This document shows, one piece after another, positions 39,007-49,400 of a stretch of 64,000 nt of DNA (position 1 is the stretch's first letter; every line of letters starts with the position of its first letter). The notes below the pieces were generated by a model, which did not search any database, was not told the origin of the DNA, and worked only from the letters and a program-made list of their open reading frames with translations. Both the position numbers and the translations under genes were made by a program. Source of the stretch: a virus (Duplodnaviria; Caudoviricetes); the IMG/VR virus record IMGVR_UViG_2595698517_000001, positions 92,177 to 156,176 of that record. One strand, written 5' to 3'.

Positions 39007-41055
39007 TTAGCTGTCAGGTACTTCTACGTCACATTCAAAAGTTGCTCTTTTCGGTATATCGACATCTGAGATAGCAAAAGAGCTCCCTACACCTCTATGT
39101 GCTAATTCCCATGCTGCATCCCCGTCTGCATCATCTGATATACGAGTCCAAAAGAAGTTAGCCTTTGGAATTGACATCGTAATCTCTTCCTCACCTTTAT
39201 AGACCTTAACGTAAATAACGCTGTCTATCTCGTTGTTTCGGAAGATAAGTCCATTCGTACTACCAATCATGATTCGGAGTGGAACTTTCTTTAAAGCTTC
39301 CTCCGCATCTTTTTTCGCTTGTTCCGCAGTATCCTTAATTTCTTTCTGTTCTTCCTTCGTTGCCATTTCAGAACGCACGTCTTCTATTTGTTTCGATAAC
39401 TGTTCTGAACTAACTTTTTGTGAAATAGAGTCTGCAAGTTGCGTGATAGAGGAACCGATTTTTCTCATCTCAGTATCTCTATACTTCATTGCATTCTCTT
39501 GTGCTTCTTTAATTCTCGCATCTAGGATTGCCACTAACGCCTGTTCAAAAGATGTTTGCATTGCAGCTATAGATTGGTTATATCCGTCATACGCCTGGTT
39601 AATGGCTGCCCGCTCGTCAGGTGTGATTACTCCGTCTAGCATAGCAATCTCAATAGAGTTAATTAACGCAGCATGTCGGTTATCCAGGTTCTCTTTCGCT
39701 ACAGCAAGTAAATCCTTGTGTGTCGCAGGTAAGAATGGATCAGAAATAATTTGGCTGTACTTTTCATCTATAGCTGATTTCTCTCTGTTAATAGATGTCT
39801 TGTACTCTGTAACCTTTATCTTCTCTTCTTCTGTAACGGTACCATCCTGGAATGCGATCGTCATATAGTCCTGGGCTTCTTTTAACAACGAAGTCATTTT
39901 ATTTAATGCAGCCCTAACTGCGTCCAGTACTTTCTGTTGGTCTTGTCTAATACCGTCCAAGTCGATTTCGATTTCGACTTTATCTATCTTAGTTTCTATT
40001 TTACCATTAATTAGTGTTATCTGAGTGGTTACGCCCTCGATTTTTTCTTGTAACTCTTTAATTATTTCAAGGTCTCCACTACCGCCACCACCTGAACCGA
40101 TTTTCTTACCATCGATAAGAACCCCTTCAGATGTGATACTTAATTTATGGTCAAGCGATTGAATCGTTACATCCCCATTTTCAGCAATCTCGAACTTAGC
40201 AAACTTAGAAGACTTTTCTTCAGGGTTTGTTGTATCATGCTTTTGTACGATAGAGAATGACCCATCGGGCTTCATTTCCTGGTATGTAATTCCTTTACCA
40301 TTCGTATGTCTACTTCCTACACGAAGCGTACCATCCGATTTTAGGAAGAAGGTAACTCGGTGCTTATCATATACCCCTTGATGTACGAATAGTACTGTAG
40401 GGGACTTAGCAGATACAGGTTCGATTAGTTCTCCGTTAGAATAACGTGAACTTGGTAAGTCCGCATAATCGAAAGCCTGGTCTTGTACATATTCGTTATC
40501 AGGGTCTGTATCCGTAATGTACATAAATGATTTACCTGAGAAAGTTACTTCCTGGTTTCCTCGTCCATCTATGTTTTTAAATGTCATAGACGGATACAAT
40601 GTGAATAGCTGCCATAACTCTTGTTGGATATTCTCGTCCGATTCATCGGCACCTGTCATATTCGTTCGAGTTAGTAATGACTGGTTATCCACATCCCCGT
40701 AAATGTTAAGGACGATTGGATTGTCCTTATCCCCTTCAAGGAATCCGATTAGAACTAATGTACCAATAGTGACAAGTGTGTTGGTACCATACACATTTCC
40801 ATCGGGTGTCTTACCACCGAATGTGATAGGTAATCGTGCAGAGTATCTACCATTATCATTCGGGTTTTTCATTGTAGAGTTCTTATGTACTGTTGTAATA
40901 ACCTCAACCGTATTATATCTATAGTTAACTTTTACAACCCTAGCAAGGGAGAGCTTTACTACGTTCTCTCCCTCTTTGTACATACGTTTGATTTCTGAAC
41001 CTAACGCAGACTGAAACCGAATTGGTGACAGGGGTGTGTATTCATCGTTGTACAT
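39007..41055 (-). CDS. Baseplate central spike-like protein with coiled-coil extension
   Basis: OB-fold-like N-terminus (LARVVKVNY...VLIGFLEGDKDNPIV); follows the hub gene. Confidence 0.65.
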   Translation of the reverse strand: MYNDEYTPLSPIRFQSALGSEIKRMYKEGENVVKLSLARVVKVNYRYNTVEVITTVHKNSTMKNPNDNGRYSARLPITFGGKTPDGNVYGTNTLVTIGTLVLIGFLEGDKDNPIVLNIYGDVDNQSLLTRTNMTGADESDENIQQELWQLFTLYPSMTFKNIDGRGNQEVTFSGKSFMYITDTDPDNEYVQDQAFDYADLPSSRYSNGELIEPVSAKSPTVLFVHQGVYDKHRVTFFLKSDGTLRVGSRHTNGKGITYQEMKPDGSFSIVQKHDTTNPEEKSSKFAKFEIAENGDVTIQSLDHKLSITSEGVLIDGKKIGSGGGGSGDLEIIKELQEKIEGVTTQITLINGKIETKIDKVEIEIDLDGIRQDQQKVLDAVRAALNKMTSLLKEAQDYMTIAFQDGTVTEEEKIKVTEYKTSINREKSAIDEKYSQIISDPFLPATHKDLLAVAKENLDNRHAALINSIEIAMLDGVITPDERAAINQAYDGYNQSIAAMQTSFEQALVAILDARIKEAQENAMKYRDTEMRKIGSSITQLADSISQKVSSEQLSKQIEDVRSEMATKEEQKEIKDTAEQAKKDAEEALKKVPLRIMIGSTNGLIFRNNEIDSVIYVKVYKGEEEITMSIPKANFFWTRISDDADGDAAWELAHRGVGSSFAISDVDIPKRATFECDVEVPDS

Positions 41056-41078
41056 TTCGCTACCACCTTTCTATACCA

Positions 41079-43352
41079 TTATACCATTATGTTTCCGACA
41101 CCCTCTACGTAGCGTCTAACGTGCCCGTTGAACACCTTCTGCCAGTATGATGTGCTTAAGTCCTCCTCATGGATACCTGGTGTACTTTGGGAACCGATGA
41201 ATTTACCATTACCTGAGTAGATACCAACGTGTCCGTCTTGCTTATAGGTATCGAAGTAGATAATGTCTCCTTCTCTAATCTGACTCATTGCTATACTCTT
41301 ATTAGAACCACGAGCACTAATTTGTTGTAATCGAGGATCGGTTTTAATTGTATCTGTGGTCATACCTGTTGCTCCACCCTTAAGCTGAACACCGTGTACG
41401 TTATAGCACCACCATACGAATGAAGAACAGTCGATACGGATTGGAGATGACATGAACGGGTTGTTACCTGAACGTCCTCCACCGAATACATAGATAGACG
41501 GTTTACTTGTCATTTCTCGTGCAGTAGCTAGAGCCTTCATTGCCACGTTTCCGCCTGCTCCTCCGCCCCACATTCCTGAGCCTGTTCCGCCACCCATACC
41601 TCCACCTGGGTTGGCATTCTTAGCAGTTTCTAATAACTTCTCAAGTGAGTCCTCACCTAAGTATCCACCTTTGAAATCTTCAGATTTACCCCATAGGTTA
41701 CTGAATCGTTTGGCTCCTTCGTCAGGTAGACCTCTTGTTACACCTAATACAGTTGTGTAACCGCCTGTAAAACTGAACTCGTGCTGTACAGATTCTAAGT
41801 AGAACTCCCAGGTAGTCTGTTGTTCAAAGTCATCATATAAAAGTCGAACCCCTAATCGGTAAGCAGGGTTCCCCAGGATACGAATGTCTCCGCTATAGAA
41901 GTTAGCGTTCTCACAGTACCAGTTGTATAGTTTCTGTGTGTATTTTCCTAGCTTCTCACTATCAACACTTTTCTCCTTAGTTCCTTCTCCGCCTGCTCCT
42001 GATCCTGCCGATGTAATAAGTTGGGTATACACTTCTCGACCAAACTTACCATCTTTCAATGCATCTATAATTCCATTAACCATACTAGCAGGCATTGTAG
42101 TAAACTTCCCTACGATCTGTGCGTACACTTCGTTTCGTTTACGTCTCAATGTTTCAGGGTCTTGCAGATTATTCTCTGTGATGAAAGTTAGTACCTCTTC
42201 ATACCCAGGTTGTTGCGGTGCTTGTGGTTTAGCAGGTTCTTCTTTCACAGTAGGTGCAGGTTGTGTAGCAGGAGTAGGTGTTGGCATACCGCCTGTTCCA
42301 TTCCCCGCAGGCGGTGTTCCTGGTGTTGCAGCGTTTGTACCGCTCTGTCCGATCGTACCACTGTTAGATAACAAGTAGCGGTTCTGTGCATCCAGGCGTT
42401 TGTAACCATACTTCTTAATTAGCTCAGGGTGATATTTTGGGAATACCCCTAAGTCCACGCTGTTATAGTCTAGTAAGTTCGGTGCCCCTACAACGAAGAT
42501 TGAGAACATTTCGTTATCGTTCTTACCGAAGGATTCTTGGATTACTACGTCACTTGTGAACCGATATGTAGGTAATGCAAACCATTTATCAGGATCAAAA
42601 GGTGTAGGTCTCATTAATGCAGCACATTTACCATCCTTTTGAAACTCAAAGAATAGCTCATTAAATGGTTTGGCTACTACGTCCTCTAAGAATTGGCGTA
42701 AGCTACCTTGGTAGTTAATGAATGGGGTAACGTCTGCCAATGCTTCGTCTTCCTTCCAACTTGAGAAACTATGTACGAAGTAGTCTTTTAGCCCTTTACC
42801 GTTGAAATCGTACTGAGCATATTTATATACGAATCTTTCCATTAGTTCGTTACCGATACCTGCGGCAGTATTCTGAGAAAACTTTAAGCCTTTCTGCGGG
42901 TCATCAGGCAACCAACCAGTACTAGCAATAATTGTTGATACTTCTTGAATAACCCCGACATCGAAGTTAATTAATGCTTTGGTCATTGCTTGCCCTGTTA
43001 CACGATATAATAGAGACCCGTTCGCATACTCTCCTTCTTTCTTAATGTCAGAAACTAGACCTACCATAATGTACGGATTATCAGGGGCACCTTTTGTAAC
43101 ATCAGGGAACACTCTAATACGTACCAGGTCATTAGCATTAATAATCTTGTCCCATTTTTCCTTAGCGGAAATAACAAATGAGAATGCAGGACTATCATCT
43201 GACATTGAGTTCTTCACACTAAAAGAAAGTAATGCTTCTTCGAATGACTTTTGGGATATTTGTTTTTGGGTATCGTACTTTAGTAAGTACGGTGTATTTT
43301 GTGTTATGAGTTCGATTTCGAATGTAGGATACCTTTTAACAATGGTAGTCAT
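41079..43352 (-). CDS. Baseplate hub/tail lysin with C-terminal NlpC/P60 peptidase
   Basis: YVFGG...IDCSSFVWW...GDIIYF...HVGIYSG. Confidence 0.88.
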   Translation of the reverse strand: MTTIVKRYPTFEIELITQNTPYLLKYDTQKQISQKSFEEALLSFSVKNSMSDDSPAFSFVISAKEKWDKIINANDLVRIRVFPDVTKGAPDNPYIMVGLVSDIKKEGEYANGSLLYRVTGQAMTKALINFDVGVIQEVSTIIASTGWLPDDPQKGLKFSQNTAAGIGNELMERFVYKYAQYDFNGKGLKDYFVHSFSSWKEDEALADVTPFINYQGSLRQFLEDVVAKPFNELFFEFQKDGKCAALMRPTPFDPDKWFALPTYRFTSDVVIQESFGKNDNEMFSIFVVGAPNLLDYNSVDLGVFPKYHPELIKKYGYKRLDAQNRYLLSNSGTIGQSGTNAATPGTPPAGNGTGGMPTPTPATQPAPTVKEEPAKPQAPQQPGYEEVLTFITENNLQDPETLRRKRNEVYAQIVGKFTTMPASMVNGIIDALKDGKFGREVYTQLITSAGSGAGGEGTKEKSVDSEKLGKYTQKLYNWYCENANFYSGDIRILGNPAYRLGVRLLYDDFEQQTTWEFYLESVQHEFSFTGGYTTVLGVTRGLPDEGAKRFSNLWGKSEDFKGGYLGEDSLEKLLETAKNANPGGGMGGGTGSGMWGGGAGGNVAMKALATAREMTSKPSIYVFGGGRSGNNPFMSSPIRIDCSSFVWWCYNVHGVQLKGGATGMTTDTIKTDPRLQQISARGSNKSIAMSQIREGDIIYFDTYKQDGHVGIYSGNGKFIGSQSTPGIHEEDLSTSYWQKVFNGHVRRYVEGVGNIMV

Positions 43353-43393
43353 TTAAACATCCCCTTCATTTTAATAAAGAAACGGAAGGGCTG

Positions 43394-46300
43394 TTACACC
43401 CTTCTCATTTCCTGCGAATAGAAGTTTAGGGAACTATAAATCATATCATTTATGTTCTTACCTACGTTCTTCATTTCGCTGCTGTTCTTGATTTTGTTTG
43501 AAACGCTTTCGTCTCCTCTAACGTTTACATTGATCGTAGAGTCTACTTTGACAGTACCTGAACCGTTCGGTGCTCCTTTCATGATAGAAGCGATGTTAGA
43601 AGCCCAATCAGAGTTAGTTGCATAACCTGCCTGGTGCATCTTATCTAGAGTGGTTCTACCTTTTCCATAATACTTCTCGGCAATCCATTTAGCTCCACCC
43701 ATGATACCGTTCTCAGCAGCAGAACCTCCACCATCTTTAAACGTGTACGCACTTTCCATTGGACTGTTATCGAAAGCTCCAATACCGAAGAAGTTACCTT
43801 TCTGCTTCGCAATGTTAGACGTACCCCAAGCAGATTCTTCCGCAGCGTGGGCAACTAGGTAACGAGGGTCTAATCCGTACTGTTGACCTGCTTTAAGGAA
43901 GGTTGCGCCCATACCTCTCATCATTGATCCTTGCGGAGCTTTAGCGTCAATCCAAGCATCTAGGTCAGCAGCAGTTAAACCACTGTCTGTGTATCCTAAA
44001 TCACTTTGCTGTAAGTTACTTGCGTTCTGCCATTTCTGACCTTTTGGTAATAGCTTTAAGCTACCTCCGCCTGTAACTCCCATACTTGAACCTACGCCAC
44101 CTGCACCGCCCATACCGTTGCTGTTACCCATGATACCGTTTTGGGCACGAGCTTGAGCAAGTAACTGGTCTGCACGTTGGAGAACTTTCTCATACAAGCT
44201 GATATTCTCTCTTTCGAATGAAAGGTTGTCAGTCTTTTTAAGCTCGGTACGTTGACGAGTGTTCGTGTTCTCCTTATCTACTTGTTCCTTCGTAGAGTTA
44301 ACACTATCCCCTGTGATGCCTTTACTCATTTGGTCTTGCAAGTCCCCTGGTGTAAGAACTCTGTCGGTCAGTCCTGGGTCTAGGTTGTTACTCATCATGC
44401 TCCCTGCTACAGTACCTGCTCCGATACTAGTTGCAGTGTAACCTGCTATAGTACCTCCTTGGCGACCGTAGCCTGTGATACTAGAAGAGTTAGTAGGTTT
44501 GTTTTCGGCTTTTTCTTTTTCTTTCTTAGCCTTAGCTTCAGCTTCCTTCTTCTCCTTCTCAGGGGAAGAGTCGAACATACCTCCGATTTTCCCTCCGCCC
44601 CAAGCACCTGCGATACCACCGATAATACCTCCGATTACAGTACCTATACCTGGGAATACCGAACCTACTGCGGCACCTGCGGCTATACCTCCTCCGACAC
44701 CACCAACAGATGATCCGATAGCTTCTCCTTTCTTACCTTCGGGAGCACTCCAAATGTCGGCTACACTAGATAGGATAGCAAGAGGTAATAAAGCCTTACC
44801 TGCCACTTTACCTGCTCCTTTAAGGAAGCCTTTACCTGTTGAACCCGCTGTCGAACCTGCCGCTACTGCGCCTTCGGTAGCTCCTGAACCTCCACCGAAC
44901 ATTTTTCTCCACCAACTCTGTTTAGGAGCGGCTTCAGTTGCTTGGGCACCTCGACTCCACGTTACAGTGTTACCTGAACCGCCACGGTCTCGTCTACCTC
45001 CGCTACCTCCACCTACAACAGTGGTTCCTCCACCACCGCCACCGCCTGGTCTTCCTCCTCCTTTTCCTCCACCTTTGCCGAAGGAACGACCTAGACCTTT
45101 ACGCATTAGTGTAGAAGCCCCGAAGGAAATTGCAGCACCTGCTGCGGCTACACCAAGAGCAGCGATTGCAGCAGCGGCACCATAAACGATAGGTGGCATT
45201 CCGCCAAGAGAAGCGTTAACTTCACGTAGACCTTCCCCTAAGTCATAGATACCTGCGGCTTGCTTTTCAGTTACACGGTCACTTTGGTTATCTGTAGCTG
45301 CGCTAGAGTCCTTATAGCTCTTTTCTTTCTCCTTAGAGATTTTTTCACCTACAGTAGAACTACTCTTCATTACCTCGTCTAGAGTTTTCTGATTTAGGTT
45401 ACCTTTGTCTTTCTCAGCTAGAAGGGCTTTAGCTTGTTGAATAGACATGTCTGCTCCTAATAGTTCTTTTGAAGCTCTAGAAAGAACCCCTGCTTCAGCA
45501 TCTCTATTTCCGTTACCGTATGACTTAGCCATATTGAATAGTGGGTCTAAGTTCGAAACATCAGAAAGACCTTTCTCCATTTGCTCTTGCAATTTTGCCA
45601 TACCTTCTAGTCCCTGGTATTTTGTACCTTGACCAAATACTAGACGAGCTTTAGGATTATCGAATCCTTGACGGATACCTTGGTCAAGGCTCTGCATTAA
45701 TCTTCCGCCTTTTTCACCACTTATGGATTTATCCCCACTTGAAGATAGAACCGTTTGTAATGCTAACGTGTTCATAACATCCTGGTTAGATAAAGCACGG
45801 TTAGATGACATACCCTCTAAGATACCCTCTAATGCTTTTAATTGGTCTTTCTCACGACCTTCCATTCCGCTACGTTTAATAGCGCCCAGGAAAGCGTTTT
45901 GGAACTCTTTGGTTTGCTTACCGTTCATACCACCTGAACCATATGCAGTATTGAAGAATGACTTTGTATCCTCTACACCGATACCGCTTGTTCGGCTGAA
46001 GATAGCCTGGTTCTGCATAGCTGTATTTAGGTCACCCATGCTTGTGTAACCTTTTTTAGATAGGTAGTTATCCTGGAAGGCGATCATCTCTTGCCCTGAC
46101 ATTCCTAGCTTATCTGCTAGACCTGCATTTAAAGCACCGTTACGAATCTGTTCACGCCACTGGGAACCGTCCATACCGATACGTTGCCCGATAGAGATTT
46201 CATCGTCCCTCATGCCTTTGTTAATAGATGCCCCTTGGTGATAAAGGCTACCTACAGTACCCGCTACAGCACCAGTCACAGCTAAACCGATAGCAGGAGC

Positions 46301-47293
46301 ACGTTCGTATAACATACGAGACATTGTTCCACCAGGCTTAACAGTTACGTCTTGTACACTTGCACTACGTTGTTCCATATTTGCAGTTGTACGTTCAATG
46401 GCTTTGTTTAGCTCCATACGAGCGTGCCATTCTTTATCCATCGCTTCGATAGTTTGCTGCAATGCAATCTTCTTATCGATTTCACGTTGCGTAGCTTGCG
46501 GGTTACGTTCAATGTCCTTGATCTGCTTAGAGATACGAGAACGTTCCATACCCATCTCTGTTAATCGATTTAAGTTGTCAGCCTTCTCTTGCTTCAGTTC
46601 GATGTTTACAATTTGTTGGTCTTTACGGAAGTTAGAAGCCTGTTGGAATGACATGTACTTAGATGCACTTGCTCTACGTGCCAAGCTCTCTGTACGTCTG
46701 TCTAGCTTATTAATTTCACGCATCTTACCTACAACATCGTCAAGCTTACTTGATACACCGTCCGCTTCGTTAGCCATAGACTGTACGATGTTCTTTGCCT
46801 TTTCAAAATCATCCGTAGGTAAGTTAAACACATCGTTAGAATTGAATACATGCTTAAAGTTTTTAGAGTAGTTTTGTTGGAAACTAGCCATTTCACGGAA
46901 AGCTAACTTTGTATCATTGTAAGAACTCTTCAGCATTTGTTGTTGCTGTATTACACTCTGAACGAAGTCTTCTAAATCTCGTTGCTTTTGCTTAAGTTTC
47001 GCTTTAGCTTCTTTACCATCGTCTTCTAAGTTCTTACCGACTTCAGGAAGCTTGCTTGACATGCTCTGTAACTTCTCGATCGATTTAGGTAGGTCTCTAT
47101 ACAGTTGCGCCAGTTCTTTCATGGAACGCATATTCTTGTCCATGTCCTTCTGACTTGTAGTATAGTAGTTGTCTACACCTTTATTACGGAGACCTTCAAT
47201 TTCGTCCATTAACTTACGAATCTTACCCAAGTTCTGAACCGCTTTACTTATCTCCGCATCGACACTAATTATGTAATCTTCCTTATTTGCCAT
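43394..47293 (-). CDS. Tape measure protein with C-terminal GH73 glucosaminidase
   Basis: Long helical and Gly-rich protein; LVAHAAEESAWG, NFFGIGAFD, YAT motifs. Confidence 0.88.
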   Translation of the reverse strand: MANKEDYIISVDAEISKAVQNLGKIRKLMDEIEGLRNKGVDNYYTTSQKDMDKNMRSMKELAQLYRDLPKSIEKLQSMSSKLPEVGKNLEDDGKEAKAKLKQKQRDLEDFVQSVIQQQQMLKSSYNDTKLAFREMASFQQNYSKNFKHVFNSNDVFNLPTDDFEKAKNIVQSMANEADGVSSKLDDVVGKMREINKLDRRTESLARRASASKYMSFQQASNFRKDQQIVNIELKQEKADNLNRLTEMGMERSRISKQIKDIERNPQATQREIDKKIALQQTIEAMDKEWHARMELNKAIERTTANMEQRSASVQDVTVKPGGTMSRMLYERAPAIGLAVTGAVAGTVGSLYHQGASINKGMRDDEISIGQRIGMDGSQWREQIRNGALNAGLADKLGMSGQEMIAFQDNYLSKKGYTSMGDLNTAMQNQAIFSRTSGIGVEDTKSFFNTAYGSGGMNGKQTKEFQNAFLGAIKRSGMEGREKDQLKALEGILEGMSSNRALSNQDVMNTLALQTVLSSSGDKSISGEKGGRLMQSLDQGIRQGFDNPKARLVFGQGTKYQGLEGMAKLQEQMEKGLSDVSNLDPLFNMAKSYGNGNRDAEAGVLSRASKELLGADMSIQQAKALLAEKDKGNLNQKTLDEVMKSSSTVGEKISKEKEKSYKDSSAATDNQSDRVTEKQAAGIYDLGEGLREVNASLGGMPPIVYGAAAAIAALGVAAAGAAISFGASTLMRKGLGRSFGKGGGKGGGRPGGGGGGGTTVVGGGSGGRRDRGGSGNTVTWSRGAQATEAAPKQSWWRKMFGGGSGATEGAVAAGSTAGSTGKGFLKGAGKVAGKALLPLAILSSVADIWSAPEGKKGEAIGSSVGGVGGGIAAGAAVGSVFPGIGTVIGGIIGGIAGAWGGGKIGGMFDSSPEKEKKEAEAKAKKEKEKAENKPTNSSSITGYGRQGGTIAGYTATSIGAGTVAGSMMSNNLDPGLTDRVLTPGDLQDQMSKGITGDSVNSTKEQVDKENTNTRQRTELKKTDNLSFERENISLYEKVLQRADQLLAQARAQNGIMGNSNGMGGAGGVGSSMGVTGGGSLKLLPKGQKWQNASNLQQSDLGYTDSGLTAADLDAWIDAKAPQGSMMRGMGATFLKAGQQYGLDPRYLVAHAAEESAWGTSNIAKQKGNFFGIGAFDNSPMESAYTFKDGGGSAAENGIMGGAKWIAEKYYGKGRTTLDKMHQAGYATNSDWASNIASIMKGAPNGSGTVKVDSTINVNVRGDESVSNKIKNSSEMKNVGKNINDMIYSSLNFYSQEMRRV

Positions 47294-47356
47294 ACTACTT
47301 CACCACCCTTTTTTCTTATAAGTAAAGGTAGGGGCATTGCTTGCACCCCTACCCCT

Positions 47357-47935
47357 CTACAACTCCGTATATTCGTCCTCTTCGTCCTGTTGGTTAAACA
47401 GTGCAATAGACTTGTCCATCGCTTCTTTATCTAGGCTATTAACCTCTTCTGTTTCCCCTGCCAGGTATGCGTCATCTACAAGATGTTTGCCACCTGCTCT
47501 AGCAATACGTTGTGCCTTCTCGTATGCATTTGCAAGTTGCTGATCGATATAGTCACTAACTTCCATCTCTCTAGCTGTTTTCCCTCCTGCTTCAAGGTGA
47601 GCATTATAGTCATCCAGGCTATCAAATTTAGAAGCAAGATTTTTAAGGTCTTCAGCTTTGGTAGCGTCCGCAATCTGTTGAGCAATCTTGTCCGCATCGT
47701 GACCAGGTTTAAGGACATCCCAATCGCCTGCTTCTCTGTTCCAAACCTCATCATCAAAGTCTGAATCGTAGTGTTCGGAATCGATAGCTAAACCTTTTCT
47801 TGCAAGTTCCATCAATCTATGATCTTCCATCATGGAATATCCGATTAGGTCTATTTGGTCATGAGACAGTTCCTTGAATCTCTCATCTGTAGGAAGTGTA
47901 TTAAACTCTTTCATAATCGCCCACAGATTTCTCAT
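47357..47935 (-). CDS. Tail assembly chaperone extension (probably made by +1 frameshift from the upstream gene)
   Basis: Frame is open upstream of the ATG back to the ACC TTT CGA site; no good RBS. Confidence 0.75.
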   Translation of the reverse strand: MRNLWAIMKEFNTLPTDERFKELSHDQIDLIGYSMMEDHRLMELARKGLAIDSEHYDSDFDDEVWNREAGDWDVLKPGHDADKIAQQIADATKAEDLKNLASKFDSLDDYNAHLEAGGKTAREMEVSDYIDQQLANAYEKAQRIARAGGKHLVDDAYLAGETEEVNSLDKEAMDKSIALFNQQDEEDEYTEL

Positions 47936-47981
47936 ATACGGAGAACGTGCTAACTGTTTTAAACCGCCTAAGCGCTTTACC

Positions 47982-48401
47982 TTATCTTCGAAAGGTATCT
48001 AACCAGTTAATGAAGTCACGACCAATCGTGAATACAATCTCTAGGTTGTATAACTCCTCTTCTTTCTTAAGGAACTCAGGTACGTCAATACCACAGATTT
48101 TTAATGTAGATAATGTTTGGTATACAATTAAGATATACTCACTTTGGTAAACGTTTGTTCCACCTAAGTATCTTGATGTTTCCGCATGGATTCTAGCCAT
48201 TTGGATAGCGTTAGGTGCTTTAATCTTAATCGTGAATTTTAAATCGTACTCAGGTAGATCATATTCTTTTATGTATGTATCGTTTACCCCACGGATAAGT
48301 CGGTCAATTACTTGACGTTCTTCTTGTTTTTTCTCTTGCTCTAACTCTTCCTGGGACTTCTTGTTTAAATCAGGCATCTCATTGTTGAAATTTTCAGACA
48401 T
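47982..48401 (-). CDS. Tail assembly chaperone
   Basis: Upstream of the tape measure; ends WLDTFRR at a UUU_CGA shift site; AGGAGG RBS. Confidence 0.8.
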   Translation of the reverse strand: MSENFNNEMPDLNKKSQEELEQEKKQEERQVIDRLIRGVNDTYIKEYDLPEYDLKFTIKIKAPNAIQMARIHAETSRYLGGTNVYQSEYILIVYQTLSTLKICGIDVPEFLKKEEELYNLEIVFTIGRDFINWLDTFRR

Positions 48402-48432
48402 TTTAGTACCTCCTAGTTTTAGTTGTCTCTAA

Positions 48433-48442
48433 TAATATAACA
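48433..48442 (-). promoter_or_regulatory. Late promoter TGTTATATTA
   Basis: Exact match to the late promoter motif reported for Twort-like phages. Confidence 0.7.
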
Positions 48443-48507
48443 GTAACTTGTACACTAATTTAATTATAACATAGAAAAAGCTGCCACCTTGAGTGACAGC
48501 CTTGTTA

Positions 48508-49281
48508 TTATTTGCTTGTATTGTATTGGTAGTAACCGTTACCTACTTTTTCAATTCGAGGATCGATAGCGTTTAGCTTCTTAATAATATCGTACGGGTT
48601 TTTGTATACATACGCAGGATTGATTTCAGCTAACTTTTCGAAGATAACTTTTATTTTCGTTGGTATTCCTGCTTCTTTAAGAATCACTTTAGTATATTGT
48701 GCCACTACTGCCAAGTCTGCATATTTACCTTTGCCTTTTCCAGTACCTTTTTTCTTACCCTTACGTACAGGATTCTTGATATTTCTATTTTTATATTCCA
48801 TATCTTTAGCAAGCTCTTTTGCATGATTGTATTCGAATTTAGGTTCCTCTTCTTTCAGGCATACGACTTCCTTATTCTCTTCTATGAACTCCTCGATAGA
48901 TTGTTCTTCTTTATGCTTAGGAAGCTCTACTACCGCTGCTGCAATCTCATTAGGCGATGATATAATCTTTGGAACATCTTTTGTAATCACGTTTTGCAGC
49001 TCTTGAGCAAATTTCTTTCTTTCTTCTTCAGTCATGTTTTAAAAAGCAGTAACAACAATGTTTTCTGACACCTTAACTTCTTTAACAGGTTCAGGCGGCT
49101 CTACAGGTATAAATGTTTCTTTAGGTGTAGGTACATCCAATTGTGTTGTTCTGTCAATATCGTCTAACTCTCTTAAGCGGTTAAGTAAACTTTCATAGCT
49201 TGTCCATAGGCGGGCACGCTCACCTTCGATATAATCCATCTGCTTTCTTATTGCTTCTCTCTCTGAAAAAGTATGTGTCAT
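48508..49281 (-). pseudogene. Rok-like nucleoid-associated repressor interrupted by an in-frame TAA (49039-49041)
   Basis: N-part FSEREAIR...LNRLRELD resembles the Rok N-terminus (FNEREALR...AKLRELD); C-part is a basic winged helix ending IEKVGNGYYQY; the two ORFs are in frame (TTT TAA AAC ATG). Confidence 0.6.
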
Positions 49282-49329
49282 TTTAAACATCTCCCTTAGA
49301 TTTTTTATATGTGTTTTGCATCTAAGGTT

Positions 49330-49358
49330 ATTATAGGACAAGGTTTTCTTATAGTCAA
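49330..49358 (-). promoter_or_regulatory. Strong sigmaA-like promoter of the Rok-like gene
   Basis: TTGACT-17-TATAAT. Confidence 0.8.
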
Positions 49359-49400
49359 CAATATTTTTGTTATATTTTTAAATTTATTTCATAGACTAGA

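Noticed and set aside
44259-46871. Long plus-strand ORFs (for example the 236-aa 44475-45185), also 39233-39868 and 59288-59719
   Set aside because: Antisense shadows of low-complexity minus-strand genes, without RBS or promoter.
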